Assembly: GCF_002571385.2 (NCBI RefSeq) | Contig: NW_019217963.1 | Span: 479,164-543,163, forward strand | Source of the DNA: Stylophora pistillata | Taxonomy: Eukaryota | DNA: 64,000 nt | Reading direction: 5' to 3' | Part shown: one piece after another, positions 1-13,800 of the stretch | Layout of the letters: every line of letters begins with the position of its first letter | Numbering within the stretch: the first letter of the stretch is position 1 | Program-made: the position numbers and the translations under genes | Notes under the pieces: generated by a model | Databases searched by the model: none | The model's input: only the letters and a program-made list of their open reading frames with translations | What the model was told of the DNA's origin: nothing

Positions 1-46
1 TTTCTTTTAACAATTGCTCAACGCGCTTGGTTGTAGCACAAATGAA

Positions 47-293
47 TAAAGGCTGATAGTTTCGAAAGAAACTGTTTGGGGCTGCGTCGGTGGGAGTAAC
101 GAAATAATTTGGATATATCAACAAAGTTGAAATGGTAAATTGGCCACCGTAACGATTAAAAAAGCTGACGTTTCGAGCGTTAGCCCTTCGTCGGAGCGAA
201 TGACTAGCGAAGGGCTAACGCTCGAAACGTCAGCTTTTGTAATCGTTACGGTGGCCAATTTACCATTTCAACTTTGTTGATATATCCAAATTA
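47..293 (-). mobile_element. Penelope-like (PLE) pLTR-derived inverted hairpin with hammerhead-like core
   Basis: 86-bp inverted arms 105-190/208-293 with 1 mismatch. Minus strand reads GCT-CCGACGA-AGGGCTAACGCTC-GAAACGTC-AGC, a minimal type I hammerhead layout typical of PLE termini. A second copy lies at 27092-27331. Confidence 0.75.
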
Positions 294-1004
294 CTACAAA
301 GTTAGACTTGAACTGAATAAATCTTGCAGGAAAAGAGTTTACTTTCTTAGCGAAAAAAGAAATATTTAATTATTCTTCTTTAAAACTCACAAATAAGTTA
401 CATGTACTACAACCGTGACTCAAAAGTTGGCATTAAATTTAACATCGACCGGGTGGTTTCAAAGAATTTAGAAAGAAATGAACTAAAGTTTCTATGGTTA
501 TGAGGAAATCGGAAAGGGGAAAATTATCAGCATCATAACAGTCTTACTATCCGATTTTCGTTTTCCGAATAGAGAGAAATGTGTGTGAGAACAGCCCTTG
601 AAAAAATTCAAAACAGAAAGGTTTGTGAAGATCAACCGAAATAAAGTTATACATATTTAGAAGTTTTTGTAGACGGCCTACAGCCTAATTAGATGAGATC
701 ATTTTAACAACAAACTTGTATAATCCACTCACGCGTCTACCGGTCTTGGTCGGTCCATATAGAAAGGAAAGTAAGCTCTATCTTTTTCGAAATGAATAGT
801 GGGTAGAGTGAGTGACTGGCTGCTTGCCTCATTGGTGTCATTATTCAATAAAAACTTGAGCCAGTAATTTTATATTATTGAGTTTTGAACGACTTGTGGA
901 CTTGTACTACTCTCAGTTTCTATTCGTTGTAGTTGATTTTGGGAAATAAAGATCTCGAGCGAATAAAATGGTTGTAAATTATCAACTTATCGTTGATAAC
1001 CAAT

Positions 1005-1583
1005 TACCGTAATGACTCGAGTTAGCACCAAACTTCCAATAAGCGCTCTCTCTCTAATAAGCCTCCCCCCTCGAATTTGGTTTTTGTTAGTAAGCGCGCC
1101 CATTCTAATAAGCGCTCCTTTTGAGTAAGCACTCTCATTCCAATAAGTGCCCCATGTCAATAAGAGTCCCTTATTCTGTCTCAGTGGTAGCACTGCAGAG
1201 TACATGGACATTGAGATCAACCGTGGTTCATCTTTCATTAGTTGCTCACTCAAGCCCTATAAGAAAAACAGCGGCCCACCTCTCAGTCTATCAACTGTTA
1301 TGTCCATGTGAGTGCACAGTTTCTTCGAACGAATCAACGATCTAAAATTTTATGACGATTGCTTGACTGTTCATTCTTTCCAGAGAGGGTTAGCAAGCCC
1401 GTTTTCCAGTCTATTTGATCGTTTTTAAGTAGACATCAAAGCTTTCTTTCGCACATTCTTCTGTTTTTCAAGAAAGAAATAAGGGCCCAGTCCCCAATAA
1501 GCGCCTTCGTTCGAATAAGCGCCCTCCCTTCATCTACGAAAAGTAAATAAGCGCCCCGGGCGCTAAATAGAATCATTATGGTA
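1005..1583. mobile_element. Tc1/mariner-pogo-type MITE (TA-CCGTA termini)
   Basis: Left TACCGTAATGACTCGAGTTAGCACC matches right reverse complement TACCATAATGATTCTATTTAGCGCC. TA flanks and many internal ATAAGCGC repeats. Confidence 0.75.
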
Positions 1584-1593
1584 CGAGTTTTAC

Positions 1594-1884
1594 CTTCATC
1601 AGTGTCTAGTTCCACATGAACGTCGCTATCACTGCTTTCTTCCTCTGAATCTTCAGATATTTCAGCATCTCCAAAATATCCCGACTCTGAGATGGGATAA
1701 TTTGAGACCTCTTCAAGCAGTAGCTGAACACCTGGCACATCTTTTAATAAACTCCTTTCATCGATATCTCTTTCCAAATCACCTTTACGATCGGTACTCT
1801 CACTCTCAGAATCTTCCTCTGATATTTCTGCATCTCCAAGATGCTCCTCCTCGATAGCTTGATCTTCCGCCACTTGATTTGACA
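1594..1884 (-). CDS. Gene A acidic exon with duplicated GDAEISE motif
   Basis: TTTTAG|TG acceptor, GAAG|GTAAAA donor, 291 nt, phase 1-1. Encodes HLGDAEISEEDSESE and YFGDAEISEDSEEESSDSD. Confidence 0.7.
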
Positions 1885-4800
1885 CTAAAAGTGATCCATG
1901 GTTTGACATTAAAAATCACCGATGGTTTGACATTAAAAATCATTTATGGCGATGATAAAAAAATTGCAAATTTGAAGACCCGAGATATTAAACACGCGAT
2001 ACCCATATGAATTCAAATCCTATAACAAGTGATGAACATGTAATAACAACAACACATACAGGATATGTATCGAAAAATACACAGTCAAATAGTCGACTGG
2101 TTTTGCTGGTAAGTTCCATTGTGTATCTTGTGTAATGTTAATGTTTATCAAATTCACCTGAATTTTCTTGGTTCATAGAAATTCCTGCGAATGTCTTTCG
2201 TGCATTTTGAATTTTAAAAACTTCCAACTTTTTAAAATTCCGAAATAAACTGAAACAAGTTTCTTGAAATTCAAAATAAAGTTGAAAACACTTCAATCAA
2301 GAAATTCAATGCCCTATTTGCATGTTTGCCTATTGAAATACTGTCTCGCCAAAAACGCGAAATTAAGTTCTGCTAGGGTAATTAATTAATTCAATCATTC
2401 TTTTCACTTTTTCATTCATTTATTCCTTTTTCACCCTTTATCAATGCGCTGTTGTTGAGACCAGACATTCCTCTCGATTCCAACATTACTTCTTAAGGGG
2501 AAGATAAAATGCAGTCAAAAGGACTACAGCCGCTTTTCGTTCTTCATTGTTGGTAAAACATTTTCTTGAATCATTTTTAATCTAGTTTTGTTTTGTTTTC
2601 GTGTTTTAGTGATTATTTAGCCGAGTTCACCAATATTACTTGAGAAAATAACAAAGTGTTGTTTTTAGTTTATTCTTACAAGACTGTGTTTGGTTTTTTC
2701 CAACATCTCCAGCTGACAGCAAGGGCATTGTTTCATCTTCCGCAGGGAGTCTGTGCAATTAAAAGTGACAGCGCATCAATCTAACTCCGAGTGATGACCA
2801 TTAATGAAATATTTACGAGGTAAATTGTCTTGCAAACCAGATAATGCGCGGTTTTATGTGTTAGATCAAAACTTACTTCCTTTTAAATGTTCATTTGCGT
2901 ACCTTTTGGCTATTTCTTCAAGATACAAGGCTATCTCCTCCCAGGATTCCCTAGAGATGTACGGTCTAGCCGATGAGTAGATTGAAGCCACAGTATCAAC
3001 CACACTCTGAAGACCATCAACCAGTTGAAACAGTGTCTCTAAATCAAACAAGCCCAAAAAAATGAAGACGGGATAATCTGTCAATACATATCTCAAAAGG
3101 CTAAAGTTTTCTCATGTTGTCGAGGTTGATCAGCTTTTTTTGAGGTCTTTTTTTTTAAAACAAATTTAGCACTTTTTTATCAGGGAAGATTATGACAACG
3201 CAAGAATTTTACATATGACATAATAAAAAAGTTTCTCGTTAGAAAGGATAAATGTCGAGCTAAGTCTCGGTAAAAATGTTAAGTAAAAATGCTGAGCTGT
3301 GATCCCTCTCTCAAGAATAATCTCACCATATAACAATTTCACCATTGTTGTTGCCGACACGAAGGCTCACTCTTTTTTGCGAAACCAAACCAAACCAAAC
3401 CAAATGAGATATAACGAAACTAAAGGATGGATGCGGTATTTGTCTAAAAGTAAAGAGAACTTTCACTAGGATTTTGGCAGTAATCGCTAACTGATTATCC
3501 CGATTGTCAGTCATTTCGCAAAGAAAAATTGTTACTGTTTTCGTGTCACATATGATATAATATTATCAAAGATTTTGGCTTCCTCATATTAAGTATGTTT
3601 CGCAAGGTAATAATTTTGGAAGAAATACTATTTTGCGAAATGGACTATTTTCACCTTTCGGCGACGATGTCACAGTTTTCATGTCACGAAAATACGTTTA
3701 AACACTACATATAAGTATATTCCAGAAGATCTTTGTCACCTCTTATTTCTTAAACCGTACTGAATTATATTACAGAAAATAGTTATTTTAGGGAATTACT
3801 ATTTTGAGGGTCTCAGTAGGGTTAACCGATAGCCGTAAAGCAGTCAAAACATTTAGCCTTTAGGCGTAAAATTTGAAAATTTTTAAGTAGTAATCGTGCA
3901 AAAGTTAAATGTTTGGTAACAACTAAAAGCCATCACCTATTGAGAACCTCTTTTTGGCGGAATGGAACATTTTCACCTTCATTAACAATTTTGCTGTTCA
4001 CGTGTCACAGAAATACGTTTTAAGGGGATCCCTCCCCTGATTTCGCTTCGTTTCGTTTGGCCAAATAGAGTAAAGAGTAAACCCCAATGCCGGAAAAAAC
4101 ATTAGTGGAATTGTATTCTTGAGAGAGGGATCACAGATCAGCATTTTTACAAACATGTTCCTTTCCGTTCTGAATCATTCTCAGCTCTTTACAGACTATT
4201 CATCTTTCGGGAGAAAATTGTGAGGACAAGTGTTGCTTGAAATAGATGGAAATTTACCTATTTGATGATAATATTCGCTTGCTCTTTCTTCACTTCCCTG
4301 ACTCTCGTTACTGAAACTCTTGATTCGCTTTATAGTCTCCTCCAAAACCACGACAACATCGTTCACCGTTCGTTTAGGGTGCTTATTCTGCACATTATTC
4401 TTTGGATATTCCGGTCTCCTTTCCTTGTAAGTATATACCCCCTTTGCTACGGGATCACCGTACAGTGTGGTAAAGATGACGGAAACAGGTCCTGGCTTGT
4501 CACCACCTATTTCACGTGGAGGAATGAAAAAGCCATTGACGTCAAGACAAATCTTTACAATTTTCTCGTTACAAGCTGTCCTTAAATTGTTTGTTTAATC
4601 GTTGCATTTGGCTCACCTCCGGAATTATATGTTGACTTGACCATGAACAAGCTCTTCATTGATACACTAACAGGTAGGCATCATTAAAATTGGCACCAGT
4701 AGTGTTTCAATGCAACTTTTCTTTGTTAAACCACAATATTGTTACCCGAACTTTGGCACCAGTGGTTTCAATGCAACTTCTCTTTGTTAAACTGAAATAT

Positions 4801-7800
4801 TGATACTCGAACTTGGATTTGCTTCCTCCAGTTCAGTGGTGCACGTGTACAAAAGATTAGCTTTTCCTGGGTTATTGAAGACATTTGACTGAAGCTCAAC
4901 TTTGGCTTCAAAGAAACATGGAAATGGTAGAGACAAACTGAAGAAGTCTAAGCTGAAGGATCAGACGATTATGGAGGCTTTGAGAGCGGGGGTCAGGACG
5001 CAGAAAGACAGCACTCTATCAATAACTGAACGGGCCTACCGACTCGAAGTGGTCGAAGAGTTTTTTTTAAATTTTGTTGTTAAAAAATTTAACTGAAAAT
5101 CTGAAAAATGTAATATTCTATGTTTAAAAAAATCGGAAAAAAGTGAGCATTTTTATGTAGCCCACGAGTAGCATTATATTAGCACTTTTTTGGCAAAAAA
5201 CAAACACTGCTTTGAGCATCTAATGCTTTTTCTACGAGCACAATCGGTAAAAGCCTAGTTGCATTGTGATTCCATGAATTTTTAGCTAACATTTAATGAG
5301 GGAGGGGGGCTGTTAAGGATTTATAGTGAGGTAAAACTAGGAATGTTATTCTTCACATAGATAGAACTCTTCCGAAATGATGTGTCAACTCCTTTTGAAG
5401 CTGGTTGAAGGTTGTAGCTTTACTCCTACTATAAATGACTGACCATGAAAGGAAAATGGATGGGAATAGACATTGTACAAATCTGCGAGACGTTAAACCT
5501 TCTGACACCACCTCTCAGTGCGAAGTGCTGTTGAAGATCGATTACAAGTATTTTTAAACCAAGAGAGACAAAGGGATACTTACCAGGAATTTCATTTCCA
5601 AACATGCTAAGACCGTCCCTAGCTACTTTCACTTTCACCGCCGTATGTCCAAACGTTGCCCAACCAATTTCCATCGACTGTGGGAGTTCTATATCAACTT
5701 CTGCAGTGAATTTTCCACCGCCCTATTAAATGGAAAGAAATCGTTTGTCTCAAGACACTTTAAAAGGTCAATTTTCCGTGTCCCTTTGCCTGTTTACTTC
5801 GCTTAATTTTGATTTAGATGTTGGCATGCATCATTCTCATCCTCGAGTGAAAACTCTCTCTCTAGTTCCAAACTAGTAGACAGAAGAGAGGGGGTTTGAG
5901 AGAAGAGGGACCTTGTACACGGTAAGCATGTTGAAAGAAAACGTACTCTCCGGAATGTTATGCATAAAAAAGAACATGGTTAAAAACCTTTGTCTACGAC
6001 CATTTCAGGTAATTCTCAAATTTCCCCCTCTTAAAACCCCAGATTTCAACTTATCCTATGGATTTAGTGATGAACAATTATTCCATGAGCAACACATTTC
6101 CGTATAAGTGACGCAGAATATAATCTGATGACCGGAGTTGAATGAACCAATCAGAACACACCAAATGCAATATCTGGATTTGAAAATTTAATAATAGGGA
6201 ATATCCTTAAAATTGATTCAAAATTAATCACTGATTTGTTTAACATTGACCCCTTCATAAACTGAGGTGCACGGAAGAAGCAAACAATGAAGTTCGATTG
6301 TAAGGTAGTGTCAGGAGCGGGTAAGACGTGAAACGACCAAGGTTTCCTCATTAAGTTCATCGGCATCGGACGCCGTCGCACAAGCAAAATGGCTGCTCAG
6401 TCTTATTTACAAGGCATCAATCAACAAAATGTTGTCAGGCATTTTCGATACTTTGATTGATTGTGTAGATATCGGCATCTAAAGTTGCAGTAGCTAAATA
6501 TATGCGAGGCGCGTTGCGTGAATGGAAGCCACGGAACAAATATTCAAATACCAAAAATTTCCCGACACACTTTCATTCGTTATTATTCCAAGGATAATTT
6601 GGCAAAATTTGACGAAAATCGGTCTAATCTAAATACTAATTCGCTCAATGTAGTTGTATTCCTCCCAAAATCAAATGCGAGGCGATTATCTCGCCTACTT
6701 AAACCCCAAACCAATGGGACAATTTCCCGGGTAAAGTAACGCATTGCAGACACGTTTTTTTAATTTTTTTTTCAATCAGTGGAGCGTTGAGGAGAACGAC
6801 ATTATAACGAGTAAAGTTGCCAAAGGTAAAGGAAGAACCCGCATCAAAAATGGATAAACCGGAAAAGGTGCTGAAAAGCAAGAAAAAGAATCGACAGACA
6901 GCATTCAACATTACGATTAAGCCCCGGCGATTCGAGGCGATTGTTAATGTTTTTGTATCAAGGCTGGTACTTGCCTAAATAAAAGGAAACCTCGTTTTTA
7001 ACCTTGCGTATGACAAATTTTAGTTTGACGGCGACTTCTTTGTTCGAAATCTGGACGCCGTCGTAGAGCGCAGTAGCTTTCACTTTCACTTAGGATTTAA
7101 TGATAATAATAATATTAATAATAATAATAATAATAATAATGTCTTTATTCACCATTTCACTAAATGATAAGAATACAAATCTTTTAGAACAAGTAAGTGT
7201 AAGAAATTTTAAAAAGGTAAAAAGTAAGAATTAAAAATCTAGTACATAACAAAGCTAATTCCTATTTAAAAACTGAACGGTTAGTTAAATAGTTTTAAAA
7301 CGCATAGCGTTAATCTTAGGCTTAAAACAAGTTTCTTTCCTAAGATCGTAACTGGACGGTTTAACACGAGGCATAGTGGGTAAAACTGGATGTTCTTCAG
7401 CATTAGAAACTTTCTTGAAAATGTTACGGTCTTCCCTCTCTAAGAGATCGTAAACACTTACAGGCTCAGACGTGTATTTCCTTTTAAAAAAGCGGTCTAA
7501 CAAACACTGTACAGGTGTAAGATCGGACTCGGGTGCGGAGCAGACGGATAATGCGTGATCAATATTAAGTAGAACTATTGTATTAAAGAGAAGGTGCAGT
7601 TCTGATTGATTGCACCCCCCCTTTACCCTGTGTTCTAAGGATACGTAGGGATTTGTTAGCTTTGATAAGTTTATTCTTCAAGTGCACTGAAAATTTGCTA
7701 TCGCATTGAAAGGTGACCCTCAAAATCTCTACTTCATTACAGCTTACTATCATCCCGAGAGGTGAATAGAGATCGCGGTTGCCTCTCTTTTTGATCGCCA

Positions 7801-10800
7801 ACTCTTTACATTTGCCTGGATTGCAAGACATTCCATTTGTATTCGCCCAATATAAAAACTGTGACACTAACTGATCGGAGTGGTCTACCTCCTTCCATAC
7901 AGGAGCAATAATTGTCGAATCATCCGTGTACTTCAATAGCGCATTAAGATTATTGAGAAAGATGCTGAAAAGGTGAGGACCGCCAACGCTACCTTGAGTT
8001 GACCCTTTGTTAACCGGTTTCCAGTTGCACTCAAAGTTGTTGCAACATACCCTTTGTTTTCTATCCTTTAAAAAGTTTAAATACCAATTGGTAATATCTT
8101 AATTCAATGGCAACTCTTGTAATTTATTAGCGAGAAGTTCTAGGCCGGATCTATTGAGAAGTACATTTGGAACATTTTGAGCGCTATCTATTAAGATAGT
8201 GGAGGTTCCCTTAAGTTCTTATGATTCGAGACTAATAACGGATCAAAAGGCCAAAATATAACTACAAATTTGATGAACTTACCGTTAAGGGCCCCTCACT
8301 GGGATCCATTTTCGACTCACGAACTGATGTAGATTCTGGTTGCCCAATGGCCGTGTTATCTGTATGAAGATTAAACTTTATATCCCATATGAATATGTTA
8401 AATACGCAACGCAACCTTTTATCACACAATTGAACGAGTTGACCATAAAACTAATGCCAGAAGTGCAAGAGCTTATCGCGGTATCTTTAGTATGACCTAT
8501 CTCAACTGGTAACTTGTCTTGCCAGTTCACTAAAATGTATGTGTGTTATTGTTATTTCTATTATAATTATATTGTTATCATTATTATGACTATGATTATT
8601 TTTAGTATTATTATTATTATTATCAATAAAGATTTGGAAATGAAAAGACAAGCAAAAACCAACCCACTCTGAACGTGCAAAGCGATTCAGTTCGCGTAAA
8701 AGTATTTGTATAATCAGCTCCTAACATATTTATGCTAATTTAGTGTTACACCTTGCCGCAAATTTTGTAATTTTTATTTCTCCTTGACAATGGCGTCATG
8801 ATGACACCGAAACGTCGGTTTTTATCGTTGGTTTTTGCTTCTCTTTGCATTATTATTATTATTGCACTCAATAAAGCTCACCCTCTGAGCAAGCACCACT
8901 GTCAGTTTGTCCGGAAGAATCTGTAAGATCTTTTGTGACCTGACTTGACCGTAACTAAAACACGTTAAGGAAAAGGATAAGCCGGCAAGAACCGTTATCA
9001 CATTTTCTTATCCATTAGAAAGTGCGAGTAAAAATTTGCTGTTAGCTACATCATGAAATTCCGAAGGATAACCTAACGTACGAAAAATATTTTCAATTGA
9101 GCCATTTTGAAAACTCATTAAGCTGGCAGCTAAATAAATCTCTTGAAGCGATTAGTTTTGCATATAGACAAATTTCGCCATCTAATCTTTATTAGAATTA
9201 TTTATCTGTATAAATCTATATACTTCACTATGGTATGCAACTGTATTTTTGCATTCAAATCGTTACATCCGATCAAATCGTTTGATTAAAGAGAGCGTTA
9301 AAGTAAATGCTCCATTTAATTTGAACAACCCACCTTATTTTGTCCTCGATTGTCATTGGTCGATGATAAAAGCTTAAGTACCTTTTCATTTTTTCCAATC
9401 TGTTCCTCAAAGAGTCTGTCACCAACAAATGTGTCCAGGTCAAAGTCTTCAACTGAAAAATATGAGATGTCCGTCGATGAAATTCTACCTTACTTTTAGA
9501 TAAAGTAAAAGTTTACCTACATGATACATCGATAAAATTCGTGTCCATCGGACAGTTAATCGATGTAGAATACTAAGTACTAACATTCATCAAATCTTAT
9601 AGAATATCATCAGAAGCAGATTTACCTTCGGTGTCGTGAAAACTACTGAAATCTTCCTGAAAATTAGAGACAAAAAAGAGAAAGTCAAGGTTCGCATTAA
9701 GAGCTTTAATTTAATTACCCATGCTTATATGTCTCCGCATACAAGGAGTAGTCAGTGATGTGATTAGGGTATTCTCTGTAAGATTTTCCTTCCAAAACCA
9801 CCAGTTGTTTCAACAAGAAGTGTCATAAATATTTCGTAATGACACCTTAAAACTGTGTTTACTAAGAGAGGAAAAGGAACCAATTCAATCGGCCAGGAGC
9901 CGTGATGGGATCAACTCTTACTCATAAAAAAGGGCAATCATTTGTCTAAGGATGTGACGACCAGTCGTTGGTCAATGACTTGAAACTTAAGAGTTGTTTT
10001 CCTGGAGAATTGAATGGCAAGAATTATTTTTCTCGTATCGATTGTGATTAGACGTTGAGACTTGATTCGAGTGATAGCACTCTCGTGATTGAGCCGCGAC
10101 AAGTGGACGCGCAGTTATCCACTCCGTCTATTTTCTTCCGTTACTGCACCGTCAACAAAGTATTAATCAAGATCTAAATGTTTTTGGATCTTTTTGGTTG
10201 AATCCTGAATCTCTTACGATGAGCAATGTGTTTCTATGCGAGTTCTCTTTGGTTTTGGATACCAAGTTGAACCGACGCCATATTGTATTTACCGACAGTA
10301 ATTTGCCTCACCGAAGAAGATATCTTGCTCTCAAAGTGTGTTACTACAACAACTCTGACGCTAGTTATCAGCTGCAAAGGTTATTGCTAAGTGGTGATAC
10401 CGGAGTTTCGTTAAATCCTGGTCCTCCAGACTATAGCTACAACGACGTCGATGAGCAACGTACTCAAAACTCACGATCTTCCATCTATGCTTGTAACGGT
10501 AATTCCTTCCTTGAACTTCCGTATAAATGCTTAAATATTTTCCATTACAATATTTCCTCATTGACAAACAAGCTCGACAAAATAAAGCTACTTTTATCCT
10601 CCCTTTCCAATCAACGAAAAAACAGACCTAATTTAATCCCTGGAATTGCCGAAACGTTTCTAAACGATTCGGGGTCTGATGCTTCTCTTGCCGTGAAAAG
10701 ATATACCTTGTTCCGCGCCGATAGATTGGCTAACAAAGGAGGTGGTCTTCTTGTGTATGTTCCTGAACATTTGCCTATATCAAGAGGGAATGACCTCAAA

Positions 10801-13800
10801 ATGCCTGGAATTGAAACAATTTGGCTTGAACTTCGCTATCCAAGATCAAGACCATGTCTATTTTCGTTTGTCTACCGACCTCCTTCCGCCGATGCTTCGT
10901 TCTTTAAGCGGATGGACTCGATTTTGGCAAAGGTAGATTGTAATAACTATCGGACTTGTTTATTAGGTGATTTTAATATCGATCTTTTTTCAAAATCTGC
11001 TTTCCATAAATGGTTTATTGCCCTAACCAAGGCCTATAGTTTTCATCAACTTATTACTAATGCTACAAGACCGGTATCTGAAACACTTTTGGACCTTGTT
11101 TTGGTCAGTAATGGAGATAATGTTCTTAAATCAGGCACTCTATCGTTATCCCTAAGTGATCATCTTCCCATCTACGTGTCACTAAAATCTAGAGCCATTA
11201 AGGTACAATCTGAGGGCCACAAACCTGTGTTTTTCCGCTCAAAAAAATTTTTTTCTGTTAACACCTTTCTGGCCGATTTAGAATGTTTACCCTGGAGTGC
11301 AATGGATATGTATTCTGAGCCTAGTGAGGCTTTAAGTCATTGGTATACTTTATTTAAAAGCGTTCTGGATTCACACGCTCCCTTAAAAAAAACGCCGTGT
11401 CAAGGGGAAATTCATACCCGAATGGTTCAACAGTGAAATTCAAGCCGCAATTGCTACGCGGAACCATTTGCATAGAAAAGCGATTCTGTCAAACAATGCA
11501 TTATGTTGGCGTGAGTACCGTTCAGCGCGTAATAGAGTGGTTCATCTTATTCGTTATTCTAAGGTAAGGTAAAGTCTGTTTATGAGCCTAGTGGCCCATC
11601 AGGCCGGTGCTTAACTCCGGTTTCTGTAGCATGAAGCGACTAAGAGTATTTCTACTCCCCCCTGGATGGGATGCTAGTCCATCGCAGGGTTACCCCCCAG
11701 CATGAAACTTGCCAGTACCCATTTAAACACCTGGGTGAAGAGAGGCACTGTGAGAGTAAAGTGTCTTGCCTAAGAACACAACACAATGTCCCCGGCCGGG
11801 ACTCGAACCCGGACCACTCGATCCGGAGTCGAGCGCACCAACCATGAGCTGCTGCTGGATTCCCAATTTGGTTTCCGTAGTTCTCGTTCGTGTGAGCTTG
11901 CTATCGCCGATCTTTCCGATAACATTTTGACCAACATGGATAACAAACTCCCTAATGGACTTCTGTTAGTTGACAAACTAACAGAAAGCATTTGACCTTG
12001 TGGATCATGACACTTTTCTTAACAAACTTCGTATCTACGGTTGTTCCCATTCAACCATGACTTGGTTTCGCTCTTATCTGTCCGGGCGTTCCCAAATAAC
12101 CCAGTTTAGGGGCACTCTATCTGCAGCACTTCCAGTTTCTCTAGGTGTGCCTCAGGGTTGTATCCTGGGGTCACATTTCTTTATTATTAATATCAATGAC
12201 TAGCCATTAAACCTACATTCAGGCGTAACTTCAACTATGTTTGCGGATGATACTACTCTTCTTGTTGGAGGGCCCTCTGTTACTTCCCTCAGCACTCAGT
12301 CGAATGAGGTTGCTAGAACTGTGTCTACGTGGGCTGATAATAATCGAATGTCACTTAACACAACCAAAACTAAATCTTTACTTATTACGACCCTGCAGAA
12401 ACGCTGTACTTTAACCAGCTCGGCACTTGATTTCCAAATCAATGGTAGATCCATTGAGCAAGTGGACTATGCCAAGATACTGGGCGTCACGATAGACAGT
12501 GACATGTCTTGGGAGCATCACATCGATACAATATGCTGCATAATTAGCAGTAGGCTTTCTATTCTCCATCGAATTAAACCTTATCTTAACTTTGATTCTG
12601 CTATAAGGTTCTATAATTCTTGTGTTAACAACTACTTTATCTATTGTTCCGCTGCCTGGGGTAACTGTTCCCACCATCTACTCTTACGACTGCTTCGTCT
12701 CCAAAAGCATGCTGGCCGTATACTCCTTGATGCCGACCTCTCTCAGGCTTCTATTTCCTTATTTTTAAAACTCAACTGGATCCCCGTTTTTGACCTTATT
12801 AAAAACATGAAACTTTTACCTCTTCTCATCGTACTCTTCTATCCGAATGCTCCTATATGTCTTCGAAATAGATTTCAATTTCTTAGTGTTTCACGTGGAC
12901 CACAGGGCCGTTTTACAAGATCGTCTCTCTACAACTTAAGGGGGCATTCTGGTCAAAAAAAATTAAAAATCTTTATTTTTTTCGAAAATGTTTTGATGGC
13001 CTCTTTAGTTGGGCAAATCTGTCTAGTTTAAAGTTTTGATGTCAGTTTTTCCACTTCCAGTTTGCGAGTCAGTAAAAAATGAGGTTTTCTTAGCCTTGTT
13101 TTTTTGTTGTTTTTCGGTTTCCATAGCAACGGTTTCAAATTTTGCGTTATTTTTGCGATCGATGCGTTATAACTTGTTAAAACACGTTCCTACGGTCTGG
13201 TGTGACCAGAGTCCGTTCCACAGGTACAATCTTTTCGGTTCTAAGCTAGGTTACTAAGCCAATTCAGCTCTCGGCCAAAACTCCGCATTGCTCCATAATA
13301 CTTTCGCATTGCTCCATAATATTTTCGAATTACAATGCCAAAAGAAGGACGCAAACAAGCTGTTTTAAGGAAAAATGTTTCGAAAAAGCGAAAAAGTGGT
13401 TTCAGAGGCACTTCAGTCCATGATTTAAAGCGCCAGAATAAAGAGAAACGGCCAACAGTAGGAGTTACTTTCGTCGATGAAGACGATGTGGTCAGCGAGC
13501 TAATTCCACCACCAGCTGTGCCTGCATCTTCCAGAAAGATTCAAGTCTCTGAGACCGAAAGCCTCTCAGACGAGAATTCCTATAACGCTTTCGAGTCAGC
13601 AAATGGTTATCGCCTTGTTAGCATGGATAGCTTAAGGAAATTTTGTAACAGGATTCATTCACACTCTAGTACGAGAAGTCCTCTCAGANNNNNNNNNNNN
13701 NNNNNNNNNNNNNNNNNNNNNNNNNNNNNNNNNNNNNNNNNNNNNNNNNNNNNNNNNNNNNNNNNNNNNNNNNNNNNNNNNNNNNNNNNNNNNNNNNNNN

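Noticed and set aside
1640-1840. pLxIS motif in DAEIS repeats
   Set aside because: Lacks the required Leu.
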